Assembly (NCBI GenBank): GCA_963718525.1
Contig: OY970355.1
Span: 2,784,001 to 2,848,000, forward strand
Direction: 5' to 3'
DNA length: 64,000 bases
Source of the DNA: Candidatus Dormiibacterota bacterium
Lineage (GTDB): Bacteria > Chloroflexota > Dormibacteria > Aeolococcales > Aeolococcaceae
The notes under the pieces are model-generated. The model saw nothing but the letters and a program-made list of their open reading frames with translations, was not told the origin of the DNA and did no database searches. Positions 19,547 through 29,407 of this stretch are shown one piece after another (the first letter of the stretch is position 1; every line of letters starts with the position of its first letter). Position numbers and translations under genes: made by a program.

Positions 19547-20487
19547 CGCGACCTCATCGATGCCTGACGGATCACGTCCGCGTCGATCAGACCGAGAGTG
19601 CGGTCGCCGTCGACCACCAGAACGCGTCCGTCCGGCGCCCGGAGCACGGCATCGAGCGCATCGCGGAGCGTCCCCTCGACAGCCACCACCGTGGAGGGAG
19701 CGGCACCGTTGACGGTCGTCAGTTCCACGTCACGGATGGGGATCAGTGCCAGACGCCGGACCAGCGGCCCCTCGCCGAGGAACCCGGTGACGAATTGGGA
19801 CTGCGGGTTGGCGAGCAACTCCTCGGGGGTCGTGAACTGCTCGAGCTTCCCGCCCTTGGACAGGAGCGCCACCCGGTCGCCGAGCTTTACCGCCTCATCG
19901 ATGTCGTGGGTGACGAAGACGATCGTCTTGCGGACCACGCTCTGGAGGCGGAGCAGCTCATTCTGAAGGCGCTCCCGAGCGATCGGGTCGATGGCCCCGA
20001 AGGGCTCATCCATGAGCAGGATGTTCGGATCAGCCCCCAGGGCGCGGGCGACGCCGACGCGCTGGCGTTCACCGCCGCTGAGCTCGGCCGGCAGCCGGCG
20101 GGCGTAGTCGCCGGCAGGGAGCCCTATCAGGTCGAGCAGCTCCTCGACCCGTGCCTGAATCCGCTGCTTCGGCCAATTCAGCAGACGCGGAACCGTCGCG
20201 ACGTTCTCGGCAACCGTCTGATGCGGGAAGAGACCGACCTGCTGGATGACGTACCCGATCGAGCGGCGCAGGTCGTTGACGTCGTACGTCCGCGTGTCGC
20301 GGTCATCGATGCTGATCGTGCCTTCGGTTGGTTCGATCAACCGGTTGATCATCTTCAAGGAGGTCGTCTTGCCGCATCCGGAGGGACCCACGAGGATCAC
20401 CGTCTCGCCGGACTTGATCTCGAGGGAGAGATGGTCGACGGCGACCGAGTTCGCGTAGCGCTTCACCACACGGTCGAACCTGATCAT
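19543..20487 (-). CDS. Osmoprotectant ABC ATP-binding protein
   Basis: GPSGCGKTT, LSGGERQR, LMDEPF. Confidence 0.92.
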   Translation of the reverse strand: MIRFDRVVKRYANSVAVDHLSLEIKSGETVILVGPSGCGKTTSLKMINRLIEPTEGTISIDDRDTRTYDVNDLRRSIGYVIQQVGLFPHQTVAENVATVPRLLNWPKQRIQARVEELLDLIGLPAGDYARRLPAELSGGERQRVGVARALGADPNILLMDEPFGAIDPIARERLQNELLRLQSVVRKTIVFVTHDIDEAVKLGDRVALLSKGGKLEQFTTPEELLANPQSQFVTGFLGEGPLVRRLALIPIRDVELTTVNGAAPSTVVAVEGTLRDALDAVLRAPDGRVLVVDGDRTLGLIDADVIRQASMRSR

Positions 20488-21134
20488 GTGGCGGCCACCG
20501 AGACCCGCCCGCGGGAGAGTGCACGCTGAATGACGGCCAGGATCAGGTCGGCGAGGATGCCGATGGCGGCGACGGGGAGGATCCCGGCGAGCACGGCGTC
20601 GAGGGTGCCGGTGCTGCGACCGATGGCCGAGATGATGGTCTGGCCGAGGTCATTGACCCCGACCGTCGCTCCGACGGTTGCGATCGCGACGATCATCACG
20701 GTGGACTGCCGGATGCCGCCGAGGATCACCGGGACCGCGAGTGGCAATTCGACCCTCAGGAGCACCTGCTGCGGGCTCATCCCCATGCCGCGTGCCGCCT
20801 CCACCACCGCCGGGTCGACGGCATTGATCCCAGCCCGGGTGTTCCGCGTGACGGGCAGCAGCCCGTACAGCACCAGGCCGACGATCACCGGAGGATTGGC
20901 CAGCCCGAGCCAGATCGAGAGCAAGCCGAAGAGGGCGAAGCTGGGGACCGTGAGGATTGTGCTGGTGACCGCCATGATCACCGTTGACAAGGGCTCGGAT
21001 CGCGCGGCCGCGATGCCAAGCCCCAGCCCGATCGCGCTCGTGATCGCGATGCACTCGCCGACGATCTCGAGGTGGGTGACGATCTGCGGCTCGATCGACG
21101 TCCAGTTGTCGGAGATGTACTGAAAGACGCTCAC
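20484..21134 (-). CDS. Osmoprotectant ABC permease
   Basis: TVPSFALF, EAARGMGM. Confidence 0.9.
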   Translation of the reverse strand: MSVFQYISDNWTSIEPQIVTHLEIVGECIAITSAIGLGLGIAAARSEPLSTVIMAVTSTILTVPSFALFGLLSIWLGLANPPVIVGLVLYGLLPVTRNTRAGINAVDPAVVEAARGMGMSPQQVLLRVELPLAVPVILGGIRQSTVMIVAIATVGATVGVNDLGQTIISAIGRSTGTLDAVLAGILPVAAIGILADLILAVIQRALSRGRVSVAAT

Positions 21135-21146
21135 GCTTGTGAGGCG

Positions 21147-21674
21147 TCAGTATCCATAACCTCCAGGGGTCGGTGTGGCTGTGGGTGTCGAGCCGGAGCC
21201 GGTGGATGTGCCCGTTGACGAGGAAGTCGTGCCCGGCATGGCAGCGAACCACATGCCCCCGATGCCGTTCCCATTGGTCTGACCGGGGCCGGTGTCGTTG
21301 GCGTAGGTGTGGAGCGGCCAGCCGTTGTAGGTGACCTCGGTGACGGTCGCGCCGTTGAACATGACCGAAGCCGTGGCGAGCGTCCCGGTGACGCCGGACG
21401 CGGCGGACGGTGCTCCGGTTACCGCCAGGGGCGGCCATGTCGTCAGGCAGCCTCCGGTGCATGCGCCGAGCGTGGAGTTCTTCTCCGGCAGGAAGTAGTA
21501 GAGCGTGAAGCCCCTCGGATCGGTCAGCACGGTACCGAGGGATGTACTCGTCGTGGAGATGGTCGTGCCCGATGCAGCGGGGCCGCTGGTGGCCGGCGGC
21601 GTGGTGCTGGACCCCGCGGCGCCACAGGCGGCGAGCACCGTTGCGCCGGCCAGGGTCAGGACGATGCGTCGCAT
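21147..21674 (-). CDS. Secreted lipoprotein with Y-x4-D repeats (COG4315-like)
   Basis: LAAC lipobox, GFTLYYF, C-x3-C-x3-WPP, YNGWPLHTYAND. Confidence 0.8.
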   Translation of the reverse strand: MRRIVLTLAGATVLAACGAAGSSTTPPATSGPAASGTTISTTSTSLGTVLTDPRGFTLYYFLPEKNSTLGACTGGCLTTWPPLAVTGAPSAASGVTGTLATASVMFNGATVTEVTYNGWPLHTYANDTGPGQTNGNGIGGMWFAAMPGTTSSSTGTSTGSGSTPTATPTPGGYGY

Positions 21675-21756
21675 GGTTGAGAACCTCCGCAGTTGGCGAT
21701 GGTATGAGTACGCCACGGCGTTACGTCGCCAATGCTCACCCGGGTATTCTCGAAGC

Positions 21757-21960
21757 ATGTGCCGAAGCATCAAGACGCTCCGCGGCGCCGAACCCCCTGC
21801 TGACGATGACGATGCTCGGGCGGCCGCGCTCCAGTTCGTGCGCAAGATCAGCGGCTACCGGGCACCGTCCAGGGCGAACCAGCCTGCCTTCGACGCGGCC
21901 GTGCAGGAGGTGACCGCTGCCACCACCCGCCTTCTCGAGGGTCTTCAGCAACGCATCTGA
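21757..21960 (+). CDS. DUF2277 family protein
   Basis: MCRSIKTL...AAALQFVRKISG...AFDAAV. Confidence 0.85.
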   Translation: MCRSIKTLRGAEPPADDDDARAAALQFVRKISGYRAPSRANQPAFDAAVQEVTAATTRLLEGLQQRI

Positions 21961-22014
21961 CGCGTTTAGCCGTCGAACAGCGGATAATCTGCTGATGCGA
22001 TCAGGCTGGATGCA

Positions 22015-22416
22015 CTATTCCGAGTCGATCGCCCCCATGGTGATGGTGCCATTGACCGTGCCGCCGTCATCGACGCGAAGCCTCGCCGCGCGAACGTCAC
22101 CAAGCACGACGCCGCTGCCCGCCACCGTCAACCTGCCGCGTGCGATCACGTTGCCGGTCACATTTCCTCGGACTGTGACGTTGCGCCCGTCGACCTGCGC
22201 ACGCACGTTTGCAGACGACTCGACGTCGACGTCACCCGACGCTTTGATCTCCCCTTCGGCAGTCCCTTCGATGTGGAGGTCGCCTTCGATCGTGAGCGAT
22301 CCGTTAAGGACGTCGCGAGGGCCCAGGGTGATGCCCCTGGCACCTGTCGCGCCGTTTCGGTGACCTCCACGTGGAATGGACGCCGCAGCCTCCTCGACTT
22401 CAGTGATGTTCTCCAT
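22015..22416 (-). CDS. Bactofilin (polymer-forming cytoskeletal protein), paralogue B
   Basis: Beta-helix pattern LNGSLTIEGDLHIEGTAEGEI...GTVNGTITM; GGGAGAGG SD. Confidence 0.88.
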   Translation of the reverse strand: MENITEVEEAAASIPRGGHRNGATGARGITLGPRDVLNGSLTIEGDLHIEGTAEGEIKASGDVDVESSANVRAQVDGRNVTVRGNVTGNVIARGRLTVAGSGVVLGDVRAARLRVDDGGTVNGTITMGAIDSE

Positions 22417-22483
22417 GGAATTGTCCTCTCCTTCTCGTCCGTTGCTCGGCGCATATCGTACTGATCCTGCGGTCGCTTCGCGG

Positions 22484-23449
22484 GTGGAGTGGGCGCACGA
22501 CTCGGTCACGCTCGCGGGCGTACGCGACACGTTCCGCCAGCTGCAACTCGATTTCTACCGTGCCGCTGCGCATCGATACGATTCCTGGGCGGGGGGCGCA
22601 AACGTTCGTGCCGCGCAACAGCTTGCGACGTTCATCGATGTGCAGCCGCACGAGCGCGTGATCGACATCGGCTGCGGCACAGGTCTGGTCAGCCGGTCGC
22701 TGGGGCTCGGCAACTCGACGCTCGAACACCTGGCCATCGATCTGTCTCCGGACATGATCGCGTATGCCCGCGAGCGGTCGTCGGGTGAATGTGGCATCCA
22801 GTACGCGGTCATGGACGCGCAACACCTCGTCTTCAATGACGCGCAGTTCGACATCGCGATCCTCGGGCAATCGTTGGCATACCTCGAGGATCCCTGGCAG
22901 GCGTTCGCCGAGGTCCGGCGTGTCCTGAAACCCAACGGACGCATCGCCGTGTCGTGCAGGTGCAGGAGCCTGTCGACACCCGCACAGGATGTGTTCTTCG
23001 AACGCCTCGAGCGGCTCGCGATCCGTCGTGCGCGTACGCCATCGCATCACGCGCTGTTCGGTGAGCCGTGGGTGCTCACCAACATGCTCGAGATGGCCGG
23101 TTTCGCGGATGTCAGGTTCACCCAGCTGCTGGTCGGTGTTCGCGCCGCTGATGTGCACGAATGGACGGAGCTGATGCAATGGTCAGGACCGTGGCCGCAC
23201 GCGATGATCGGTCTGTTGAGCCCCGGCGCTCGCGCCACGTTCGAGGAAGAGCTTGACCGAACCATGCACCGCCTGGGCGAAGGTGACTACGCGTTTCACG
23301 GCGCTTTCACCCTCGCCACCGGGCGGCTCCGCGACCAGTCCCCGGCTCAGCCCTCTGCTGAGTCCGCGCTCGAGGAAACGCTCGACGTCTCCGCGGTGCG
23401 CTCGTCGCTGTACGCATCGGACTCGGAACCTGCGTTTTCTTCGCCGTAG
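22484..23449 (+). CDS. Class I SAM-dependent methyltransferase (UbiE-like)
   Basis: VIDIGCGTG, DLSPDM, RVLKPNGR; start uncertain. Confidence 0.85.
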   Translation: MEWAHDSVTLAGVRDTFRQLQLDFYRAAAHRYDSWAGGANVRAAQQLATFIDVQPHERVIDIGCGTGLVSRSLGLGNSTLEHLAIDLSPDMIAYARERSSGECGIQYAVMDAQHLVFNDAQFDIAILGQSLAYLEDPWQAFAEVRRVLKPNGRIAVSCRCRSLSTPAQDVFFERLERLAIRRARTPSHHALFGEPWVLTNMLEMAGFADVRFTQLLVGVRAADVHEWTELMQWSGPWPHAMIGLLSPGARATFEEELDRTMHRLGEGDYAFHGAFTLATGRLRDQSPAQPSAESALEETLDVSAVRSSLYASDSEPAFSSP

Positions 23450-23946
23450 GCTCCGCTTTCACCCTCACCACTGACGGGTGACCCAGTCACGTCAACGGCG
23501 GTCTCATCGTCATGCTGTTCCATCCGTCGCGCCGGCGGGGCGTCACCGGACCGGTTCATGGTGATGGTCGCGTTCAACGTTGCACCTTCATCGACCCGGA
23601 GCCTCCCGGCTCGGACCTCGCCCGCGAATGACGCGGTCTCGCTGAGCGCGACCAGCTCGCGAGCCACCGCGTTTCCTTCTACCTTTCCACTGACAACGAT
23701 GTCGCGAGCCGAAATCTGCGCGCGCGCGGTGCCCGTCGAGTGGACGGTGATCTCACCTGTCGCAGTGACCTCGCCGTCCAGCGTGCCTTCGATGCGTACG
23801 TCGCCGTCGACGGTCAGCGTTCCGACGAGCGAATCGCGCGGTCCGAGGACCACGATGCCTCCCGGCTCCGAAGCCGCCGGGCTCGCCGCACCACGACGCC
23901 CGCGGGCCCGGCCCGATGTGGAAATTCCGGTGTCGCTCGTGTCCAT
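23347..23946 (-). CDS. Bactofilin, paralogue A, with an acidic tail
   Basis: LGPRDSLVGTLTVDGDVRIEGTLDGEV...; AAGGAG SD. Confidence 0.88.
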   Translation of the reverse strand: MDTSDTGISTSGRARGRRGAASPAASEPGGIVVLGPRDSLVGTLTVDGDVRIEGTLDGEVTATGEITVHSTGTARAQISARDIVVSGKVEGNAVARELVALSETASFAGEVRAGRLRVDEGATLNATITMNRSGDAPPARRMEQHDDETAVDVTGSPVSGEGESGAYGEENAGSESDAYSDERTAETSSVSSSADSAEG

Positions 23947-24056
23947 TGCGGCTCCTTCGCTATGGCTCGGCGGTCTGTGCTCGCCGGTATCGTACGGGTC
24001 CGTCCGCTCAACGGGTCAGGCGTCGCAGTTACAAATTGCGAAACGCCTGGGGTCGG

Positions 24057-25112
24057 TTACACCACCAGGTCGCGACTGAACTCACCGACCACAGCCACCC
24101 CCGCAAGTCCCATGGCATGCGCGAGCTCGTCGCGGTACGCGTCGAGCACTCGCTGGACGCCCGCGGCCCCGCCGGCCGCGAGGCCCCACAGGATCGGACG
24201 GCCGATCATTGCCGCTGTTGCGCCGAGAGAGAGCGCAACGAAGACGTCCGTGCCGCTCACAATGCCGCCGTCCACGAGGACCGGCGCCCGGCCTTCCACC
24301 GCCGCCACGATCTCTGGGAGGGCGACGGCCGAGGCCACGGCTCGGTCGAGCTGGCGTCCACCGTGGTTGGAGACCACGACGCCGGCCGCGCCCGCGTCAA
24401 GACACGCTGCCGCGTCGTCAGCGCGGAGGACTCCCTTGACGAACACCGGGAGCCCCGCCAGGTCGCGCAGCCACGCGATCGTCTCCAGGCCAATCGTGGG
24501 GTCCTGATCGAGGCTGGCCGTGACGTCGTCGAACGCTGTCCCCGGCCTCAGATGCGCACCGAAGTTGACCAGGTGCTGCTCCATGGTCAGCGGAGCGAAA
24601 TGGCCGCGCCGCTTGAACCCGATGTATGGCGTGTCCACGGTCAGCATCAGTGCTCTCGCTCCCAACCCGGCGGCGCGGCGCACCAGCTCCTCGGTCACAC
24701 GGCGTTCCCGGACCACGTAGACCTGGTACCACCACGCGCCGCCAAGCGCTGCGGCGATCTCCTCGAGCGTCCGGGTCGCACGGGTCGTCACCACCATGAG
24801 GCCGTCCGCAGCGCTGACGCCGCGTGCGGTCTCGACCTCGCCCTCAGGATGAGCCACCTGGTGATACGCGGTCGGCGCCACCACGACCGGCACCCCGAGG
24901 GACGTTCCCAACACCTCCGTCGTGAGATCGGTCGGCGCGCCTCCGCGAAAGATGCGAGGCCGGAGCCGGTAGCGACGCCACGCCGCTCGCAACTCCTCGA
25001 GGCTCAGCTCATCCCCCGCCCCCGCTGCGATGTAGTCGAACGCCGCCGGCGGCAGCTTCGCGCGGGCGGCGAGCTCGTGCTCGACGAGCAGGTCGGCCAG
25101 GGACTCGTCCAC
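24057..25112 (-). CDS. FMN-dependent alpha-hydroxy acid oxidase
   Basis: DYIAAGA, SNHGGRQLD, DGGI, GRP. Confidence 0.92.
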   Translation of the reverse strand: MDESLADLLVEHELAARAKLPPAAFDYIAAGAGDELSLEELRAAWRRYRLRPRIFRGGAPTDLTTEVLGTSLGVPVVVAPTAYHQVAHPEGEVETARGVSAADGLMVVTTRATRTLEEIAAALGGAWWYQVYVVRERRVTEELVRRAAGLGARALMLTVDTPYIGFKRRGHFAPLTMEQHLVNFGAHLRPGTAFDDVTASLDQDPTIGLETIAWLRDLAGLPVFVKGVLRADDAAACLDAGAAGVVVSNHGGRQLDRAVASAVALPEIVAAVEGRAPVLVDGGIVSGTDVFVALSLGATAAMIGRPILWGLAAGGAAGVQRVLDAYRDELAHAMGLAGVAVVGEFSRDLVV

Positions 25113-25138
25113 GCGGAGGATTGTCTGTCAGCGACGCG

Positions 25139-25954
25139 TTACCCGGGTGACGGCGTCGGCGTCGGAAGGGGCTGATACTCGTTGAGCGGGATGATCGGCG
25201 CCGCCAGGCCGGAGGCGACGCTGCTCGAACACTGCGCCAACTCGATCTGCTGCTCTCCAGGCGCTCCAACCAGGTCGGTCAACGTGGGACAGCTATACGT
25301 CAACGTATGCAGGCTCGGGGCCGCAGGCGGGCCGTACGCCACCGCGTCGGTGAAGTGGCATCGCGCATCGATGTCAGGGACGATGCGAAATCGATGCACG
25401 GCGAGCTCGTCGACACCGGTGTCGCGAACCGTGAGCGTCTTGGGAATGCACGCCTCTGCCGAGGCGGCGAAACACTGCGCAGCCTCCGCGGACGCTGCCG
25501 AGGTCGCGCCTCCGATGCCGACCGCCGCTGTGCCACACGACGGTACCGGGACGAGCGCGGCTGTGAGCGCGGACGCGCCCGTCGCCACGCCCAGCGTCGC
25601 GAGGATCACCAGGAGGTTCCGGGTCACGTTTCGGAGTCCACCGCGCCCATGCATGAGCACGAGGGCAGAGCAGATCAACGTGTCAACGCCGAGCAGCGCA
25701 CCGATGGCAATGCCCGCGATGACGAAACCGGTGACGGCCGAGACCACCACGGCGATCACCAGCGCGGCGATCTCCACCAGCACGTACGGGCGATTGACGA
25801 ACCGGTGCCCCGCGATCAACGCCACGGGAACGAGGACGGCGAGCAGGAGGAGTGAGGCGACCAGAGCGAATCCGAGCCCTGCCCAGAAGCTCAGTGCCGC
25901 CCAGGCAAGGAGAAGCAGGCCGAAGACGGTCAGGTACTGAACGCGACCACGCAC
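25139..25954 (-). CDS. Hypothetical membrane protein with a Cys-containing C-terminal domain
   Basis: About 5 TM segments; TAGACT 7 nt before GTG. Confidence 0.65.
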   Translation of the reverse strand: MRGRVQYLTVFGLLLLAWAALSFWAGLGFALVASLLLLAVLVPVALIAGHRFVNRPYVLVEIAALVIAVVVSAVTGFVIAGIAIGALLGVDTLICSALVLMHGRGGLRNVTRNLLVILATLGVATGASALTAALVPVPSCGTAAVGIGGATSAASAEAAQCFAASAEACIPKTLTVRDTGVDELAVHRFRIVPDIDARCHFTDAVAYGPPAAPSLHTLTYSCPTLTDLVGAPGEQQIELAQCSSSVASGLAAPIIPLNEYQPLPTPTPSPG

Positions 25955-25975
25955 GACGCGCAGTCTATTGCCGGG

Positions 25976-27166
25976 CTACGTCGCGGCTGCGAGTGTCACG
26001 GTCGCCTGATGGTGCTGTCCGGATGGGTCGACCCAGCCGATCGCCACGGATTGACCCTCGTGATCGCCATCGAGCGACACCTTGAGCGACGACGAGGAGA
26101 CGACGGCGGTGCCACCGATTGACGTGATGACATCGCCCGCACCGAGCCCCGTGGAGGCTGCCGGCGTCCCGCTCTCGACGCCGGTGGGACCACACGTCGA
26201 TCCCGAGATCAGTACGGCGCCAAGCGGTGATGCGCTGTCGCTGACACACACCCCGAGCAACGCGCCTGCAGGTGGTGTCGAGGGATTGGCGATGATCTGA
26301 TGGGCGTAGTTCAAGGCGGTGTCGATGGGGATTGCGAATGCCTGGATCACCCCGGGCTGCGGTCCCGTGCGTCCTCCGCTCGCGGCCGTGTCGATCCCGA
26401 TCACCTGGCCATTGCTGTTGATGAGCGGCCCACCCGAGTCGCCAGGCTGGATCGGAGCGTTGGTTTGAATCATGCCGCTCAGGTTCTCGGGATTCTGTCC
26501 GGTCGAATCCGAGGCTGTGATCTGCTGATCGAGAGCCGTCACTGTGCCGGTCGCCACCGCCGGCGCGCCGCCGCGACCCTGCGCATTGCCGAGTGCGGTC
26601 ACGCCGTCTCCCACGTGCACGGTGGACGAGTCGCCGATCGGGGCTTTTGACAGTCCACTCGCCCCCTGGAGTTGGAGCACTGCGATGTCGTGGGCGGGGT
26701 CCTGGCCCACGAGGACCGCGGGAAAGGTGTCGCCCGTCGCGGTCAGCCGCACGCTGATCGCCTCTCCACCGGAGACGACATGATCGTTGGTCAGCACGAG
26801 CCCCGTCGAGGTGAGCACGATGCCGGTCCCGGCCGCGGCGGCACCGCCGCCGAGCGACGTGTCGATATCGACGATGGCCGCTTCGACACCGGAGGTGTTC
26901 CCCGAGCCACCCAGGCCATGGGTCGCGATCACCGCGGTCGCAGCAGCGCTCGCGGCGAAGATGAAGATGATGATCACAGCGCCGAGCATCAACAGCCGTG
27001 ATGTCCGCCGTGGTGGCGGCGGCGGCTCGTAGTTGTAGAACTGTTGCGGCCACCACCCAGGGACCGGCGGCGGCGAGGACCATCCCGAACCCGCCCACGG
27101 GTCGTCGGTTCGCGCTCCCCCTGACCACGCCGGAACTCCGACGGGGACCTCCTCCTCCTCGCTCAT
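25976..27166 (-). CDS. HtrA/S1C serine protease with PDZ domain
   Basis: TNDHVV, DIAVL, GDSGGP, GDVITSIGG. Confidence 0.9.
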   Translation of the reverse strand: MSEEEEVPVGVPAWSGGARTDDPWAGSGWSSPPPVPGWWPQQFYNYEPPPPPRRTSRLLMLGAVIIIFIFAASAAATAVIATHGLGGSGNTSGVEAAIVDIDTSLGGGAAAAGTGIVLTSTGLVLTNDHVVSGGEAISVRLTATGDTFPAVLVGQDPAHDIAVLQLQGASGLSKAPIGDSSTVHVGDGVTALGNAQGRGGAPAVATGTVTALDQQITASDSTGQNPENLSGMIQTNAPIQPGDSGGPLINSNGQVIGIDTAASGGRTGPQPGVIQAFAIPIDTALNYAHQIIANPSTPPAGALLGVCVSDSASPLGAVLISGSTCGPTGVESGTPAASTGLGAGDVITSIGGTAVVSSSSLKVSLDGDHEGQSVAIGWVDPSGQHHQATVTLAAAT

Positions 27167-27299
27167 CGTCACCCTATTGTCGCGACTTCCCGCTGTCGAG
27201 TGCATGACGAGGACTTCCCGCGTTCAGGCGCCACGGGCGCGGAACGCGGGTGTCCCCGAGCATGCGACCTGCTGAACCGAGCGTCTCGGTCCGGCCCGG

Positions 27300-27617
27300 C
27301 TACATGACGTTGAAGGTTTCCGCGACCTCGATGCTCGAGCCGCCGCCGAGCACCGGGCAGCCCTTGGCGAGCGCCACAGCCGCGTCGAGCGAATCGGCCT
27401 CGAGCAGGCTGTAGCCGGTGGCCGCGTTCGCGCCACCTCCGTCCGAAACTGACCCATCGCTGGCGATGGTCCTGGTCTGTCCAACCGGGTTGCCGCCGTC
27501 AGCAAGCGCGGGTCCGAGGTTCTGGAACCATGTTCCCCATGCGGCCATCACCTTGTCCTGCGCCTCCTGGCCCTCGGGCATGCTCCCGCCGTGGTAGACG
27601 AGCAGATATTTCGCCAT
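27300..27617 (-). CDS. YciI family protein
   Basis: MAKYLLVYHGG, GYSLLEADSLDAA, GCP; AAGGAGG SD. Confidence 0.85.
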   Translation of the reverse strand: MAKYLLVYHGGSMPEGQEAQDKVMAAWGTWFQNLGPALADGGNPVGQTRTIASDGSVSDGGGANAATGYSLLEADSLDAAVALAKGCPVLGGGSSIEVAETFNVM

Positions 27618-27636
27618 GTCGTGCCTCCTTGTGTCG

Positions 27637-28878
27637 TCAGTTGCTGTTCGCGCTGATGGCGCGGATCACTGTGGGTTCAAGCCGCGTCTCGAGGAGCGCG
27701 CGCTCGGATGGGTTGTCGGTCAACTCGATGGCGCGGCGATCCGCGGCCGCCGCCTCATCGAGCCTTCCGAAGCGACGGAGCAATTCCGCCCTCGTCGCCC
27801 AGTAGAGGTGATAGCCGTCCAGCTCAGCGCGCAGCGCGTCGAGTTCCTCCATCGCAGGTACCGGGCCGGCGACGTGCTCCAGAGCGATGGCGCGATTGAG
27901 GCGGATCACCGGGCCCGGGTTGAGCCGCACCAGGGCACCGTAGAGCGCGAGGATCTGCGGCCAGTCAGTGTCGTCGAACGTCGCGGCCTCGGCGTGACAG
28001 GCGGCGATCGCGGCCTGCAGCCAGTACGACCCCGGGCGGCCCAGGCGTCGCGCCTGCTCGAGCAGTGTGCCGGCCTCGGCGATTGCCGCATGGTCCCACC
28101 GCGATCGGTCCTGGTCACGAAGCAGCACGAGCGCCCCGCCCGCATCGAAACGAGTCGTCCGGCGCGATTCATGCAGGTGCATCAGCGCGAGCAGGGCGAG
28201 GACCTCGGGCTCGTTGGAGAGCATCCGGGAGAGCAGTCCGCAGAGCCAGATCGCGTCGGCGCAGAGGTCGCAACTCGTTGACATCTCCGGCCCGCTGCCG
28301 AGATATCCCTCGTTGAACACGATATAGAGCGAGGCGAGCACCTCGGCCAGACGGTTCGGCAGCTCGTCGGCACCCGGCATGCGGTATGGGATCTGCGCGT
28401 TGACGATCTTTCGCTTCGCGCGAACAATTCGCTGCGCCATGGTCGTCTCCGATACCAGGAACGCGTGCGCAATCTGGCTCGTGGTCATGCCCATGACCGC
28501 GCGCAGGGTCAGCGCAACCTGCGCATCGCGGGCCAGCGCGGGATGGCAGCAGGTGAAGATGAGCCGAAGACGGTCGTCGGGATCGGAGCGAACGTCCGGC
28601 GCCCATCCGTCGGTCAGCAACTGGAGCTTGGCTCGGTACGTCGAGTCGCGACGAAGCCGGTCGATCGCGCGACGCCGTGCTGTCTGGAGGAGCCATGCAG
28701 CGGGCCGCTCTGGCACCCCCTCCAGTGGCCAGCGTTGCAGGGCGACCACCACGGCATCCTGGACCAGGTCCTCGGCGAGGTCGAAGTCACCGGTGATGCG
28801 CACCAGCGATCCGCAGATGAGGCCCACCTCCGCCCGGAAGACGGCGTTCATCGCCTCGCCGGTCGGGTCGTTCACCAT
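27637..28878 (-). CDS. ECF sigma factor with a C-terminal DUF6596/TPR-like extension (ECF42-type)
   Basis: AEDLVQDA, LRLIFTCCHPAL, FNEGY, QDRSRWD, LQAAIAACH. Confidence 0.9.
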   Translation of the reverse strand: MVNDPTGEAMNAVFRAEVGLICGSLVRITGDFDLAEDLVQDAVVVALQRWPLEGVPERPAAWLLQTARRRAIDRLRRDSTYRAKLQLLTDGWAPDVRSDPDDRLRLIFTCCHPALARDAQVALTLRAVMGMTTSQIAHAFLVSETTMAQRIVRAKRKIVNAQIPYRMPGADELPNRLAEVLASLYIVFNEGYLGSGPEMSTSCDLCADAIWLCGLLSRMLSNEPEVLALLALMHLHESRRTTRFDAGGALVLLRDQDRSRWDHAAIAEAGTLLEQARRLGRPGSYWLQAAIAACHAEAATFDDTDWPQILALYGALVRLNPGPVIRLNRAIALEHVAGPVPAMEELDALRAELDGYHLYWATRAELLRRFGRLDEAAAADRRAIELTDNPSERALLETRLEPTVIRAISANSN

Positions 28879-28901
28879 GGCTTCGCGAATCCCTCCCGGA
28901 C

Positions 28902-29282
28902 TCAGCCGACCGGATGATTCGGCATGTCGTCGTGGTTCACCACCGGGCGGATCTCGACAGCCTGATCTTGGCGCGGCCATCTCTTGGCGATCGCGATCGC
29001 GTCGTCCAGGTCCGCGACGTCGATCGTCACGAAGCCGGCCACGGTCTCCTTGCTCTCCATGAAGGGACCGTCGGTCACGAGCGGCCGGCCCTCCTGGAAC
29101 CGGACCGTCGTCGTGGAGTTCGACGGCTGGAGTTCCTCGCCGCCGCGGAGCTTGCCATCACGCCCGATCTCGGCGAACCACTGGTCGACCGCCGCGTAAT
29201 GGGCGCGTTGCGCCGCATCGTCGAGCCCTGCGGCGTCGACGGCCCCCTCCTCGTTCTTGATGAACAGCAACATGTACTTCAC
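28902..29282 (-). CDS. YciI/DGPF family protein
   Basis: MKYMLL, TDGPFMESKE, VEIRP; AAGGAG SD. Confidence 0.9.
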   Translation of the reverse strand: MKYMLLFIKNEEGAVDAAGLDDAAQRAHYAAVDQWFAEIGRDGKLRGGEELQPSNSTTTVRFQEGRPLVTDGPFMESKETVAGFVTIDVADLDDAIAIAKRWPRQDQAVEIRPVVNHDDMPNHPVG

Positions 29283-29326
29283 GGGTTCAGCTCCTTCGCA
29301 TCCAGATACGTCGTCCCAATGATGAC

Positions 29327-29353
29327 GACGATCGGCGAAGCCTTAAATCGACA
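29327..29353 (-). promoter_or_regulatory. ECF42-type promoter, TGTCGA-N17-CGTC
   Basis: Minus strand TGTCGAtttaaggcttcgccgatCGTC directly upstream of the DGPF-sigma operon. Confidence 0.65.
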
Positions 29354-29407
29354 GGTCTCGTCCGAGAAGGCCGTCCGGGCTGGCCGTCCCTGTCAGGCTG
29401 TCACCCC

